Positions 45,828-59,129 are shown, counted from the whole stretch's first letter. The stretch is DNA of 61,574 bases, filler included, from Pirum gemmata (GCA_002812295.1; 13 parts of 13 records of this genome joined end to end with filler, not necessarily neighbours in it); one strand, 5' to 3'. Made by a program: numbers and translations. The notes: generated from the letters alone by a model not told the origin.

Positions 45828-47449
45828 CTGTAAATCCATAACCATAGTTTGTCAAAACCGAATAAATGACAGGTTCCAATGCCTCTAAACCATTTGCTTT
45901 AAACCACGTATCAATATTCTCATATAACTCATCGGGAACACCTTCGTGTCCACTTTGAGTTGAGTATGTTAATAGCGGCTCCGTCGACACCATTGTTAAA
46001 TACTTTAGTGCAGCTGCAAGAGTCTCTATATTTATATCAGTGATATATATAGACATTAATATGAGTGTTTGCATTCTTAAATAGTATATATATATATAAC
46101 CAGATTTTGGTCTTTCGGCCCTTGACATATATATATTGTCAGACTTTTTAACATCTTAGCTTGATTGTCTAGTTGGTTTAGCGAGGATGCTAAAAAGTCT
46201 AACATATATAATGATAAATAATAAATTCTTAATAAAACTAACAATAATAATATACAAAAGAATACAATTAATTAAAAGGAAAAGTAAATAATGCAAATAA
46301 TAATAACCTGGTGATTGCGAGGTCGGAGAAGGAAAAATATCACCTGATTGATTAAAAGAATATCGCAAAAGATTTTCCTCCGTAGGAAGATTCATTGTGC
46401 TTTGGATTTTGGTTACCAATGGCATACCAGGACGTTAAAATATGACGGACCATTGGGGCGTTATATGTAGGATCTATAAAAGGGATAGTCTTCCCCCCTA
46501 GTTCAGCATCTAAAAAAAAGAGAAGGAGGGAGGGAAAGCGAAAGAAAGGAAAGAGAGAGAGTTAATGTGTTTGCGTGTATGAAAATTAAAAACCACAAGA
46601 TGTTATACAAGAAAATCATCTCTTTGTAGTTCATTTAAAACATGAAATATTATTATTATTATATTTGCTATATTATATATAGTAAGAGTAGCAGCTATTA
46701 TTATATTTTATATAATATAATATTATTAATAGTAGCAGTAATAGTACTAGTAGTAGTAGTATTAATACACAAAGAGAACAAAAAGGATAAAATTAGCAAC
46801 ATTAATTAAATCACTCATTTAATCAATCATTGTCTGAATAACATTTTATAATATATATTAAATTAATTAATTAAAAAGTATATATTAATAATATATTCTT
46901 AATTAATGTACTTTCGTCAAGTAGTACTACGTCATAGCCTTTTTCCTCTAATAAAATTGCTGAGTACACACCAGATGGACCTATTTTATTAATTAAAAAA
47001 TAAAAATATTTTATTGTATTTTTTAGTTATTTTACACCCAAATAAAAAGTTCTGATAACAGTTTTTCAATTTGATAAATAAACAATAGTCTAAAAGATAA
47101 ATTGGATTTTTATTAGTAACATTTATCATGAAAATTAAATGAATTAAAAAATAAAAGTATTATACTACTTTTCATTTATCTTGTTCCTCCAAATATTTAT
47201 TTGGTTGGTTATAATATTTAAATTGACATTATTAAATGAATAATTAGATAATAAAATATACCAAATAAAATGAAATGGATTTATATTGTATTGATTTGGT
47301 ACTCTGTATTGTATATTTATGATGATAAAACAATTGAAAAGCACGATACCTCCACCGATTACACATACATCTTTCCTTGCCGTTATAAATTTTGATACAG
47401 CTACATTACTGGACAAAGAGAGTAAGAGAATAAATATTGAAGATAACAT
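43824..47449 (-). CDS. Secreted FAD-dependent oxidoreductase (flavin amine-oxidase-like), 8 exons, 3' end off-scaffold, apparent frameshift in exon 3
   Basis: Exons 47449-47350, 46980-46912, 46509-46308, 46025-45828, 45409-45299, 44895-44782, 44585-44409 and 44093-43824. Signal peptide followed by the Rossmann motif DVCVIGGGPSGVYSAILLEEKGYDVVLLDE.AELGGK; later GVPDELY, NYGYG, CDKVVIAFP. Confidence 0.85.
47163..47346. mobile_element. MITE family B copy at the intron-1 donor of the oxidoreductase gene
   Basis: Colinear with 14548-14732. Its end GAAAAGCACGA|TA is directly followed by the exon-1 boundary. Confidence 0.88.
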
Positions 47450-47774
47450 TGTGCGATAATTAATATTATTAATTAATATATTGTTGTGTTGATGGGGGTG
47501 GTGGTAGTGGTAGTAGTTTTTTTTTTTTTGCTATTTATTATTTTTTATAATTATTATATTATGTTATTTTTTTATTATTACATAAATTATCTCCTTCACT
47601 CCAGTGTGGGAGAAACGTATCTTTATATGTTATATATTTTTTGTTTTATCTTTTTTTATTTATTTATTTTTTATTGTATGATAATTAAAAAAAATATAAT
47701 TATAATTATTATGCATTATATATACTATTTTCATTCCTTTAATTTTTAACCAACTCGAATGTCTCGGTTTACCG

Positions 47775-47996
47775 AGTAGGGGTGAGATATCTACTGGAAC
47801 TTTTTTCGAACAGATGTTTATCGAGCCAACCTTTTACTAATAATAGCAGTTAAATAGCTTAAAATAGTAAATCTAATTATAGTAGTTACCAATTACAGTA
47901 ATAATATTAAGATTTTATAGTAATAAAAACCATAAAAATCGGAAAAGTTCCGGCAGCTGTTCAGTAATAATAAAATGACGTCATCTCACCCCTACT
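47775..47996 (+). mobile_element. MITE family A, full copy
   Basis: Perfect TIRs and TSD GTTTACCG at 47767-47774 and 47997-48004. Confidence 0.93.
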
Positions 47997-49094
47997 GTTT
48001 ACCGTCAGGNNNNNNNNNNNNNNNNNNNNNNNNNNNNNNNNNNNNNNNNNNNNTTAATTAATTAANNNNNNNNNNNNNNNNNNNNNNNNNNNNNNNNNNN
48101 NNNNNNNNNTTTTTTGTTTTTTTTATTGTTTTTTTTTTCGTTTTTTGTTTTATTGGTAGACAAGGTACTACTACATAATTTACAGTGATATTAGTACCCA
48201 TAAATCTAACACTCTTTGACGCTAACCCTGATTAATAGTTAAAAACCAAAAATTTCATTTATAATTTTATAAGTCTTCTACATTAAAAATAAATAACAAT
48301 AACATTAACAATAATAACAATACTATTATTAATTAATAATAATAATAATGATAAAAATAATTATAACAACTAATAATCATATATAAAGATAACAAAATAC
48401 TACCAAATGTATTTATGACATTATTTATTAATAATGACAATAATTCAATAATTAGCAACAAGCCCCAGAAAAAATCAATGAGTATTAAAATCCAAATCAT
48501 ATAATTATTTTTTAATATAATATTATATAAAGTATAATTATTTATTTATTATAAAGTACAATATAAAATAATTTAGTATAATATATCAATATCAATTTAT
48601 TATTGATAATATTGTAATTAAAATGCTGTCGACTTTACACAACAAAACAACAACAATACAACAACAACAAAACAATAACACAACAATAACATTTGTTTAA
48701 AGTAAAAGTAAAAAATCGAAAAATTCGTTTGTTTGTTGTACAAGTTGTTTATGTTGTTGTTATGTTATTATCTGTCCATAATGCATGTTAATTATAATAT
48801 TAATTAGTTTCGATTGATCCAATTTTGTTTATTTATTTCGATTGATCCAATTTGGTTAACTATCTCAGAAAATGCATAAAAATAAGAAAGTGTAATAACC
48901 AAATAGAATCAATATAATAAAACTAAAACTAATTAATATTTGCGTATTAACTAATTTACAGTAGCCAAGATGCATAAAAATAAAAAAGAAAACAAAATAA
49001 CAAATCCATTATTTTAAAATAAAAAATACATAAAAAGAAAAAAGAAAACAAAAGTAAAATCAAAATAACAAATAACCAACTAGAATCAATAAGG

Positions 49095-49145
49095 GTGTAG
49101 TAGTATTAGTAGTAGTAATAGTAGTAGTAGTAGTAGTAGTAGTCA

Positions 49146-49200
<55 letters not shown>

Positions 49201-49285
49201 CATCTGCAGTCGTAGTAGTAATAGTAGTAGTGGTAGTAGTAGTAGTAGTAGTAGTAGTAGGGTATAGTAGTAGTAGCAGTAGGGT

Positions 49286-49335
<50 letters not shown>

Positions 49336-49415
49336 CATCTGCAGGGTTAGGTTTGCGTTCAGGATTATGTTTATGGTTAGGGTTAGGTTTAGAGTTAGGT
49401 TAGGTTAGGGTTAGG
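49095..49415. repeat. (TAG)n microsatellite followed by a degenerate TTAGGG tract
   Basis: Direct reading of the tandem units. Confidence 0.88.
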
Positions 49416-50151
49416 AAAATATTAATAATGAAGATAATGGATACTATTAATAATTTTGATATCAATACTAAACCTAATAACAATAATTACTAACAGTTAT
49501 ATTAATAATAATAATGAACATGAGGATAATACACACTGTTAATATTTTTAATATCACATCAATACTAAAACAAATAACAACAATGCTAATAACCAACACC
49601 TAATAATTATATATTTCTCTTTGTTTTTTGTATAGAGTTACTACCATTTGTTTTTTTACCGTTTCGGACATTTTGGCCCTGTTTTCAAAGTTTTGCTTCG
49701 GAAAAGAAAATTTCATACTTTTTATTTACGTCACCACGATCTTTCCGGCTACCTGGTTAGTTTTATTATTATTGTTATTTATCATTATCATTATTACTAT
49801 ACATATTATTATGTTATAATAATTACGCCACCTGGTTAGTTTTACTATTATTATTATTATTTTATCATCATTGTTATTACTATATGTATTATTATATTAT
49901 TATATTACTATTATTTTACCATTTATCATTCTTATATATATTACATTACTATTATTTTATCATCATCATTCTTATACATATATATTATATTGCTATTATT
50001 TTTTCATCATCATTCTTATATATGTATCGTGTTTTTCAGTAAATTTGTAATTATTATTATTATTATAAAACTATCAGACATTTTTTAATTAATTTGGTAT
50101 GGTTTTAATATTATTGTAATATAACTCTATAATGTTTACATGTAATATATT

Positions 50152-50345
50152 ATGTTAATAGAAGAGAAGAAAGAAGAAAATACGAAGAAGAGAAAGACAA
50201 ATGAAGAAAAGAAAAGAAATAAATATTATTTGCAATGCGCTAAAACTGAGAATGATTTTATGAAATATTTGAATAGTTTAAATAATAGTGATATCGATAT
50301 CGATAATGAAGTTGAACTTTTACCATGTAATTGTAATAAGTGCAC

Positions 50346-50407
<62 letters not shown>

Positions 50408-52458
50408 GTGTCAATAATAATAATAATAGTAATAATAATAATGGTAATAATAATAATACTAGCCTAAGTGTTGCCGAAAACGATATCTTACTTACCCACT
50501 ATTTAGTCATAGCTATTGAGAAAAAATATATACCCGTTGCCGAAGAGTTAGTTAGTAATCGTAACAATATTAATTACTTAAAGAAACCATACTTTAATGG
50601 TTATGAAAAGTTGGAAAAAAATAACAATATCAATTGTGACTTTGCGACGTTGGCTGAGTATATAATAGCAAAAGCAAATCCAGAATTAGACAAACTTATA
50701 CTTTTAGCTGTTGAAAAGAATACGTTAGACCCTAACGATGTGATTAGTGTTGGAGAATTTTTTGATTTTTCTTTAATATCCTTATGTATTAAGCATAAAA
50801 ATTTTAACCTCTTCTTAGAGTTAGAAACCCTAGTTGATAATTTGAAAATAAGGGATTGGGAATTACAAAAAATATGTTACGATGGGGATTTAGAAAACAT
50901 TATAATGTTAGTTGAGTGTTTTGTAAAATCATTTGATAATTGTAAGGAAACAGAACTGGAAGTAATGTTAACTAAAGTAGCAGAGTGTGTAAAATATATA
51001 GCACTCGGGACCGGTCCTGAAAATGATGATTGTAATATTTTTTCCTGTTTAGAATATTTAAAGATAGATGCTATTACAAAAAATGAAAAAATCCGAAAAC
51101 GATTACTTGAAATTATGTTGAGGTTTTATTTGGATTGTAATAATAATATTACAAAATTATTTTATTTGGTTGCAGTGGTAAATTTGGCCTATTCATACCC
51201 CAGTTTTGGTATAAATGATAACATCCTCGCAGAAGAAAACTCGAAAACAATTTTACATTGGTGTTTATCCCAAAAGCGTGTTTCATTAATATCAGTTGCT
51301 TACTTAATTAAACATGGTGCCGATGTTAATGTTGTTAATAGTGATAAAGAAGCCGCTCTGCAAACTTTTGTTACTCAAAAATTGATGTGTACGTCAAATG
51401 AGCGACCACCGAATATGACTAATGAAGACGTAAAGATTGTTGCCTACCTGGTTACACAGGGTGCTGAAGAAAATAATGCTGATTTTTTGTTAGAACGTGG
51501 TTTGGATCTGTCGTTTTATAATTCTAGTTCCGATTTACGACTAATTAAAATAGCAACTTCCGCGAAATATTTTCCAAAAAGTTATATCAAAACTTTGACA
51601 TTGAAACAGTTTGATAAGTTAATGATGTATTCTGATAACACTGATGTGCTAAAATTCTTTATTGAACTTAATGTAGATGGCATGAATTCCATATTACGGG
51701 AGATTTGTGAGAGTTATGAGGAATACCGTTTTAATTTTATGCATCATTTATCAGGAAGAGGAGAATATGAAATAATCAAATCATTCCTTTCCGAAGAATA
51801 CTTTCACGAAAACCTAAAAGTTTTGTTAAGACAAGACAACGAGTACGGACGGAACCCTTTGCAGTTGGCCTGTCGTCTTTGCAATCATAATATTAATTTA
51901 ATAGTGTTATTTTTAAATTTTTTTACAGAACATTATGAAAACCAGTTTTATGAATCTAATATTATGAAATGTAATAAAATGATTATGGAATGGAAACTTG
52001 GAAAAACTGAAGATATCATTAATAAATTTCAACCTGAACTTATTTACGATTTCTTAGTAGTAGCTTTTGCTAGTGAAAGTATTATTTTTTTGTTGAACAC
52101 AGACACAATGCTTAATTTCCAAAAAAAGATGAGAGAAATATTAGGAGAAGTTACTAGTAATGAAACAAAAGATTGTCTTATTGAACTACTGTCGAACTTG
52201 CATGAAGAGTTATTAAGTAAGGTTAATAATAATGAACAAAGGGAAAATACCCTAAAAGGAATCCTAATATTTTATGAAGATTTAATTTCTGATTTTTGTA
52301 TGATGAACGCCGAATTTAGGTCTTTAGAAAGAATTTTAGAACGTGCAACAAAAGGGGTGTCCATTAATAACCAAGAGCTACAATCATTTCTCGAAACTTT
52401 TGAAGGCGAAGAAGCAGATATTATGTTTTCATTTCAAGATCTTAGAGATGAAGTATGA
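50152..52458 (+). CDS. Intronless ankyrin-repeat protein with poly-Asn tract (768 aa)
   Basis: Ankyrin-like motifs KTILHWCL..VAYLIKHGADVNVVNSDKEAAL and QDNEYGRNPLQLACR..NINLIVLFL. Basic, NLS-like N-terminus. Confidence 0.85.
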
Positions 52459-54752
52459 AATATTTATACTTAGATTGAATTACTATTATTATTATTACTA
52501 TTATTATTATTAATATCACTATTATTATTATTATTATNNNNNNNNNNNNNNNNNNNNNNNNNNNNNNNNNNNNNNNNNNNNTTAATTAATTAANNNNNNN
52601 NNNNNNNNNNNNNNNNNNNNNNNNNNNNNNNNNNNNNCAATTTCGATTTTTATCGAAAATTATCGATTATCGCATTTGGTCATCGATACCAAACACTAGT
52701 CTAGACCAAAAAAAAAAAATTTATAAAAAAAAATTAATATGATATGATAAAAAAAAAAATTAATATTCATATATATATCATAATATACTACTAGAGCTAT
52801 GATCTAGTACGATAAGCTATGATTATTATTATATATCGATACATAAAAGTTACATAAACATGATTTATGAAAGCATTATTAAACGAATTTAATGATGCTC
52901 ATTTACTGATTATCCTTGATATATATGAAATTTAATTACTTATTATTATATGATAGTATTATTGTTGAATATGATATTATTTTTTAAAATAATATCATTT
53001 TTTATTATTATGCGATAATTATTATCATTTTTTATTTTATCATAATAATATTATAATATTATCATTTTTACAGGTCATAAATTATTTTTATTTTTCTCAA
53101 GAACCAGGAACTAGTGGAAGGCTGAAAGCCTAGCTAGAGCTAGCTTAGGTCGGAAAGTGGGTGGAAGAGGGGTGGGGGCGGGGAAAAAATAGAAAAAGAA
53201 GTCTGGCCTTGACACTATCTTTTTATATAGACCTAGTCCATCTGATAAATGATATGAAGAGTTAGCTAGTCAGTGAGTATTTTTTTTTTTTTTTAAAAAA
53301 AAAAATAAATTTCATTTTTTTTTTTTTTTAAAAAAAAAAATAAATTTCATTTTTTTTTTTTTGTAAAAAGACTGGCTACTTACTGGCTGGTGTACGCTAG
53401 CTAGCTGTAGCTAGCTAGCTATGATAGTATGATATTTACTAGATGATATTTATTTATATAAAAGTTATCACTCCGAATATTTATTTGCAGGGTTATAATT
53501 TTTAAATTGACAANTAGATTAAATGAATTTAAATTATATTAATTTGGTACTATTTATTGCATACTTTATAATGACAAAACAACTGAAAAGAACTAGAGAT
53601 AGACTATGTAATAAATTTAATAATATCATAGTTATCAGTCTATTATCATAGTCTATATCAAACTACCAGTATATCATAATAGGTCTACGTAGTTTTTTTT
53701 ATTTTTTTTTATTATTTTTTTTTTTTTGCCAGATAAAAATGATCTAATTTTAATAGAAGTACTACCAATTTTTGAGAAATCGTCTAACTAAGAAAACTCT
53801 ATTATGAACCAATGACTAGCTTTTAAAAATAATTTGGCAGTTACATAGATGGCCTATCGGGTATCATCATATTCCTAGCTAGCATCATATTATAATATTC
53901 AGACATCATATTCATCATAGAGTCTATAGCATCATATTGATAATGATGTATGAAAAGTAAAATTTAATGATGGTCCTCTCGAGATGATCCTCTCAACTTT
54001 TAATTTGGTACAGTTTAAGTGTGTAATTGAATAAATAAAATATTATATATAACATACCAATTTAATTAAAACATGCCTGATATTTTAACCATAATTATAA
54101 TTTGGTAGGTTTACTTCACATATCATACAAGGAGTTTGTCTAGAGGAGTTTGTTTACTCCTTGATATCAACATATGATTGTGGTTTTCATTTATTTTGTC
54201 ACTCTGAATATTTATTTTGTCGGTTATAATATTTAAATTGATATTTTTAAAAATTAATAATTAGATTATAAAATATACCAAATTAAATAAAATGGATTTA
54301 TATTGTATTAATTTGGTACTCTTTAATGTATATTTTATGATGACAAAACAACTGAAAAGCACGATACTAAAGAACTTCGAAAAAGTTGATATATGTCTAG
54401 CTAGCTAGTAGTACCAGTAATATTTTTATTTTATCTCAATTTTATTATTATACATTTACATCTATTCATTAATATTTATTAGTAAATAAAATCAATAAAA
54501 TATTACCAAAATATTTATTCACAAACATATTTATTACAGTTCTTATTACTTATTTATTACTTATTTATTTAATACACAAATAAGTAATTTTGAAGAAATG
54601 ATAGTTAGTAAAGTGTAAAATTTAATAATAACAGCAAATTTTATATTTTAAAAAAAATAAATAGACAAGTTGATATACTACCTAGACTTACAATAGTGAC
54701 TATCAATACACTACTATCTATGGTATTGATCGTTACTATATATATGATACCC

Positions 54753-54778
54753 CAAGGACTTCAATTTTGAAGTCCTTG
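54753..54778. mobile_element. 26-bp CAAGGACTTCAA palindrome with 7-bp TSD
   Basis: gataccc|CAAGGACTTCAA-TT-TTGAAGTCCTTG|gataccc. Confidence 0.78.
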
Positions 54779-55277
54779 GATACCCTTATCAATAATAAAC
54801 TTTGTATTTTTTTGATGTAGACTAGGATATCTTCTGGACATTTTCTTTGATGTCCATTCATTGTCTTGTTCGTATTCGGATAAGTTAGGGTTATTAGGGT
54901 TAGAGGGTTAGGGTTAGCATTGGCTTTGTCAGTGTGAGTCTGTGTGACCAAGTCTTTTTTTTTGCTGTCTTTACTACCACAATGCTCCAATGCTTACCTC
55001 TAGCTAGTAGCTAACGACACTGTTCAAGAAAGAAAAACTTTGCCTTTTTTATATTTATATTTTTATATCATTTATATTTATAGAGCTAAAAATATGATAA
55101 ATACAATAAAAAAAATGACGTTGGACTGAAAAAAACAGTAAAAAACTTTTGCAGAGGCTTATTTTTTTTAAAAAAAATATGATATTTATATAGATATTTA
55201 TATTATATATAGTATCGATTAAATTATAACTATATCGAATTATTATCGATACTTTTTTGAATAATTTTGGAATGTTT

Positions 55278-55327
<50 letters not shown>

Positions 55328-57160
55328 CTTTTTTTCTCAGCAGAATCAGGCTTCAATCAGTCAGCACTTCGTATTTTTTTTTTGATACATATTTATTAAT
55401 AAAAAGGGCTTTATTTAGAAAAGGTTCACTTCCTATCTATCACTTGGTGGGTCAAGCGGTGGCCTAGCTAGCAGCGGTGGACTAGCTAGCTAGCTAGTTA
55501 GCTAGGGTTATGAACTGCTTATGATATATATTACTTGACAGGGGTAGACCTACTCTAGCTAGCTGTGTAGTCTAATTTGGTACTTCAACCCTTGAGTACT
55601 TCAACCTAGCTAGCTAGCTAGGTATCGATACTTCAACTAATAAAACTCAATTATGAAATATATTACTGTGTGGGTTTTTTCGTATTCTCTAGCTAGCTAC
55701 AAATCTAATAAACCTATATTATATCTGATACATGATACATCCATAAGTCACCATGATTTTATTATAACAATGTCATTATATCATATTATCAATGCAAATG
55801 GTCCATAGTCTAGCTTAGTATCATAGTACAAAAAAAAAAAGTTTGAGAAAAAACAGAGAAAAAAGTCCTGTTTCCCTTTTTCTATTATAGAGAAAAAGGA
55901 GGTGCAGTTATCGATATATAATAGAGTTTTAATAGTGTCAACTTGATTTGATAGTGTGTATCATAGCTAGTGTATCATAGTTTGTTGACTTGTTTCATAT
56001 CGTATTTTTGTATATCGATAAGTCAATAATTTGATTGTCGTCCGTCCGGTTTTAACTTGTTGTACTTCTCATGATAATACCATAGGTCCATTATATACAG
56101 TCTATGATTAGTAATTGCATTGCTCTTTTGTTGTAGAAAATTAATATGTAATTTAACTGAATATTTTATGGCGTTGTAGTCGTTGTTATGGATGTTGTTC
56201 AGTATCATAGTTTTTTTGTATTGATTATCCTGTTTTTGATTATTATTTTCCGTTCATTTTGTTCTATATGTTCCAAAGGTTGTTGAGGTTGTTATCATTA
56301 AAGGTGTTTGTTTTGAGGTTTTCTTCTATATTGTTGTTTGTTATAATTAATTATTGTAGATTCCAACTATTTATTTGGGGGGGGGGGGTTACACTAGTGG
56401 TTTGGATTTGGAGTATATTTCTATTATTATTTTAGTTTTTTCTTTTTTGCCATTTCATTGTGTTGTTGCTGTATTGTTGGGTGAAGGAGTATTTTTTTGT
56501 TCTTTATCGAAAAGTCCATAGTTTAGTTTGTTGTTCTTGATGTTTTGATAGTTTTATGATTATGCTAATTTGAAATTTTAGGTTTTTTTTGTGTTGTTTT
56601 TGTATTGATTGGGGTCATGTTTTGGAGCGGTGATAGTTTTATGATTATAATTATTATGCTAATTTTAAATTTTAGGATTTTTTTGTGTTGTTTTGTATTG
56701 ATTGGGATCATGTTTTGGAGGGTGTAGATTGTGTGAATTATCCATTTCGGTATTTTAAGTTATTGCTGTATCGATAGTATCATTGATAAGTTATTGTTGT
56801 GTTGATTGTGTTGGTTTGTGTGTGCACTGTTTTCTCGTACGAGTGTTTTGTTAGCTACTCGACTAGGTTAAAAAAAAAAAAAGGAAAATTTTTTTAAAAA
56901 CAGGAAAAAAACAGGTCTAACTTCTAATAATGGTTTAATATGTTTTTTGACCAGTAGTATTCCAGTAGTATTCCAGTAGCTCAAAGTGGAATGTGAAAAA
57001 AAAACTGGACAAAGTGAGCAGTTTTTATCTCTTTTTTTCTTTTTTTTTTTTTTTTTTTTTNNNNNNNNNNNNNNNNNNNNNNNNNNNNNNNNNNNNNNNN
57101 NNNNTTAATTAATTAANNNNNNNNNNNNNNNNNNNNNNNNNNNNNNNNNNNNNNNNNNNN

Positions 57161-57433
57161 CCTCAACCCTAACCTCAACCCTAACCTCAACCCTAACCTC
57201 AACCCTAACCTCAACCCTAACCTCAATACTAACCTCAACACTAACCTCAACACTAACCTCAACACTAACCCCAACCCTAACCTCAATCCTAACCTCAACC
57301 CTAACCTCAACCCTAACCTCAACCCTACCCTCAACCCTACCCTCAACCCTAACCTCAACCCTAACCTCAACCCTAACCTCAATAACCTCAACCCTAACCT
57401 CAATAACCTCAATTCTAACTTTAACCCCAACCC
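57161..57433 (+). repeat. 12-bp higher-order telomere variant (CCTCAACCCTAA)n, probably intronic
   Basis: Direct reading. It ends just before the acceptor tatacag at 57441-57442. Confidence 0.9.
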
Positions 57434-57442
57434 TATATACAG

Positions 57443-58830
57443 GAATGATATTGACTTTACCAAGAGCAGGTTCTAGCACTAATTCTAGTATAGATTGTCG
57501 TGAAAGTAAACGATTGAAATCTACGAATTGCAGAAAATCAAAACGTCCGGGCAAAAAGGTGAAAAGGAGCCCTGGCGAAAACTCTCCCAGTGCACAAGAT
57601 AGTAATATGGAAAAAGCTGAAAATGAGGAACGAATAAGTCTTCATATCATAGAAACAGTGTCTTCAAAACAAACTGCGAACATGGAGAAAAATGAAATAT
57701 TATCAGACCAAACATTTTCAAAATTTGTTACGAAAGAAGGTAAAATTGTAAATGATAATAATCTGGGGATGGAGCATGACTGTCTACCAATTGAAGTTGA
57801 TCCTACTGATGGAAAAAACATACCCAATAATGAAATGCGCAATCCAAAACAACGAAATGCAAAAAAATCTTCTTTTAACGACCAAGCCAAGCTTAAATAT
57901 TTAAATGGTTTTGATTTGAATGGTTCGAATAGTATTTCAAACAACGGAAATATTAGGGGAAACAATATACTGGCAAAAACAAATTTGTTGATTAATACTG
58001 CAAAAAATATACTACTACATGATGGTACTGGTACTATAGTGTCAAAACCTGACATTAATACTTCCGAGAAATCTCATAGATTAGAGCAAGAGAATGCAAA
58101 TACGAATCCAGGATGTTTTTCTCGTGGGTGTAATGAAAATTTATTCGATTGCAATGAGAAAAAGGCTATACATTGTGCACCATCTTCTTATGGTTTTAAA
58201 ATCATAAATAGAGACAATGTTAATTGTGAACGCCCACAAAATGAGATACAATCAAAACTGTACAGCAATACTATTTCAGATGTTAGCGATGAGCATGCTG
58301 ATAACCCTGTACATAGTGAATATAATTCTAATTCTAAACGTAATACTTACTTACCCAGAAGTTACTGCCGTTTTAAAGATGATTGTATGGATGGAAGCAG
58401 TAACTCTAACAACACCAACACCATAAATGTACATACTGAATACAATACTAGTTCGAAGAATGATGCTTTCTCGCCCAAAATCTCGCCCAAAATCTCGCCC
58501 AAAATCTCGCCCAAAATCTCCCCAAAAACCTCGCCTAAAATCTCGCCCAAAGTCTCGCCCAAAATTAACTCTTTTAAAGATGATTGCATGGACGAAAGTA
58601 GAAACTCAAACACAACCTATGAAAAACCTTCCTTTAGTGATAGTGATACCGAAGATGACCTAGTTAATATAAGTAGAATCAAAACTGACAATTTGACTAA
58701 TATAATGTCAGTTCACAAAGACATTGAACTATTTTTTGGTAAAGCTGACACTTCACTACAAAAAGAAATTCTGGTTTTAACAGATTTTTGTTTAAGACAA
58801 CTTCAAGAAAGAACGAACCATATCGTATAA
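57443..58830 (+). CDS. Large terminal exon of an unidentified low-complexity protein with an (SPKI)n repeat
   Basis: 461-codon open frame preceded by a CAG acceptor. Basic NLS-like stretch, internal duplication FKDDCMD, helical C-terminus. Confidence 0.7.
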
Positions 58831-59129
58831 AAGTAATTCTTTTGTTTGAGGGGGATGGAGGGTAGTAAATGTAAAGTTAGTAAGTTATACAGTATGCTAG
58901 AGAATTGTTAATTTTAAGACGGATTGAAATCGAAATGATTAAAAATAATGAAATATGCTATAATTTATGATATAATATCATGATAAACGATCGAAACCTA
59001 GGTATGCTTAACAAACATATGATATGACTATGATATGTTAAGAGGTTAAAAATGATTTTAATCATAATAATGAGATGATGTAAAAAGGGCATGTATATCC
59101 TGTATATATAGAACTAATCAATCAACCAA

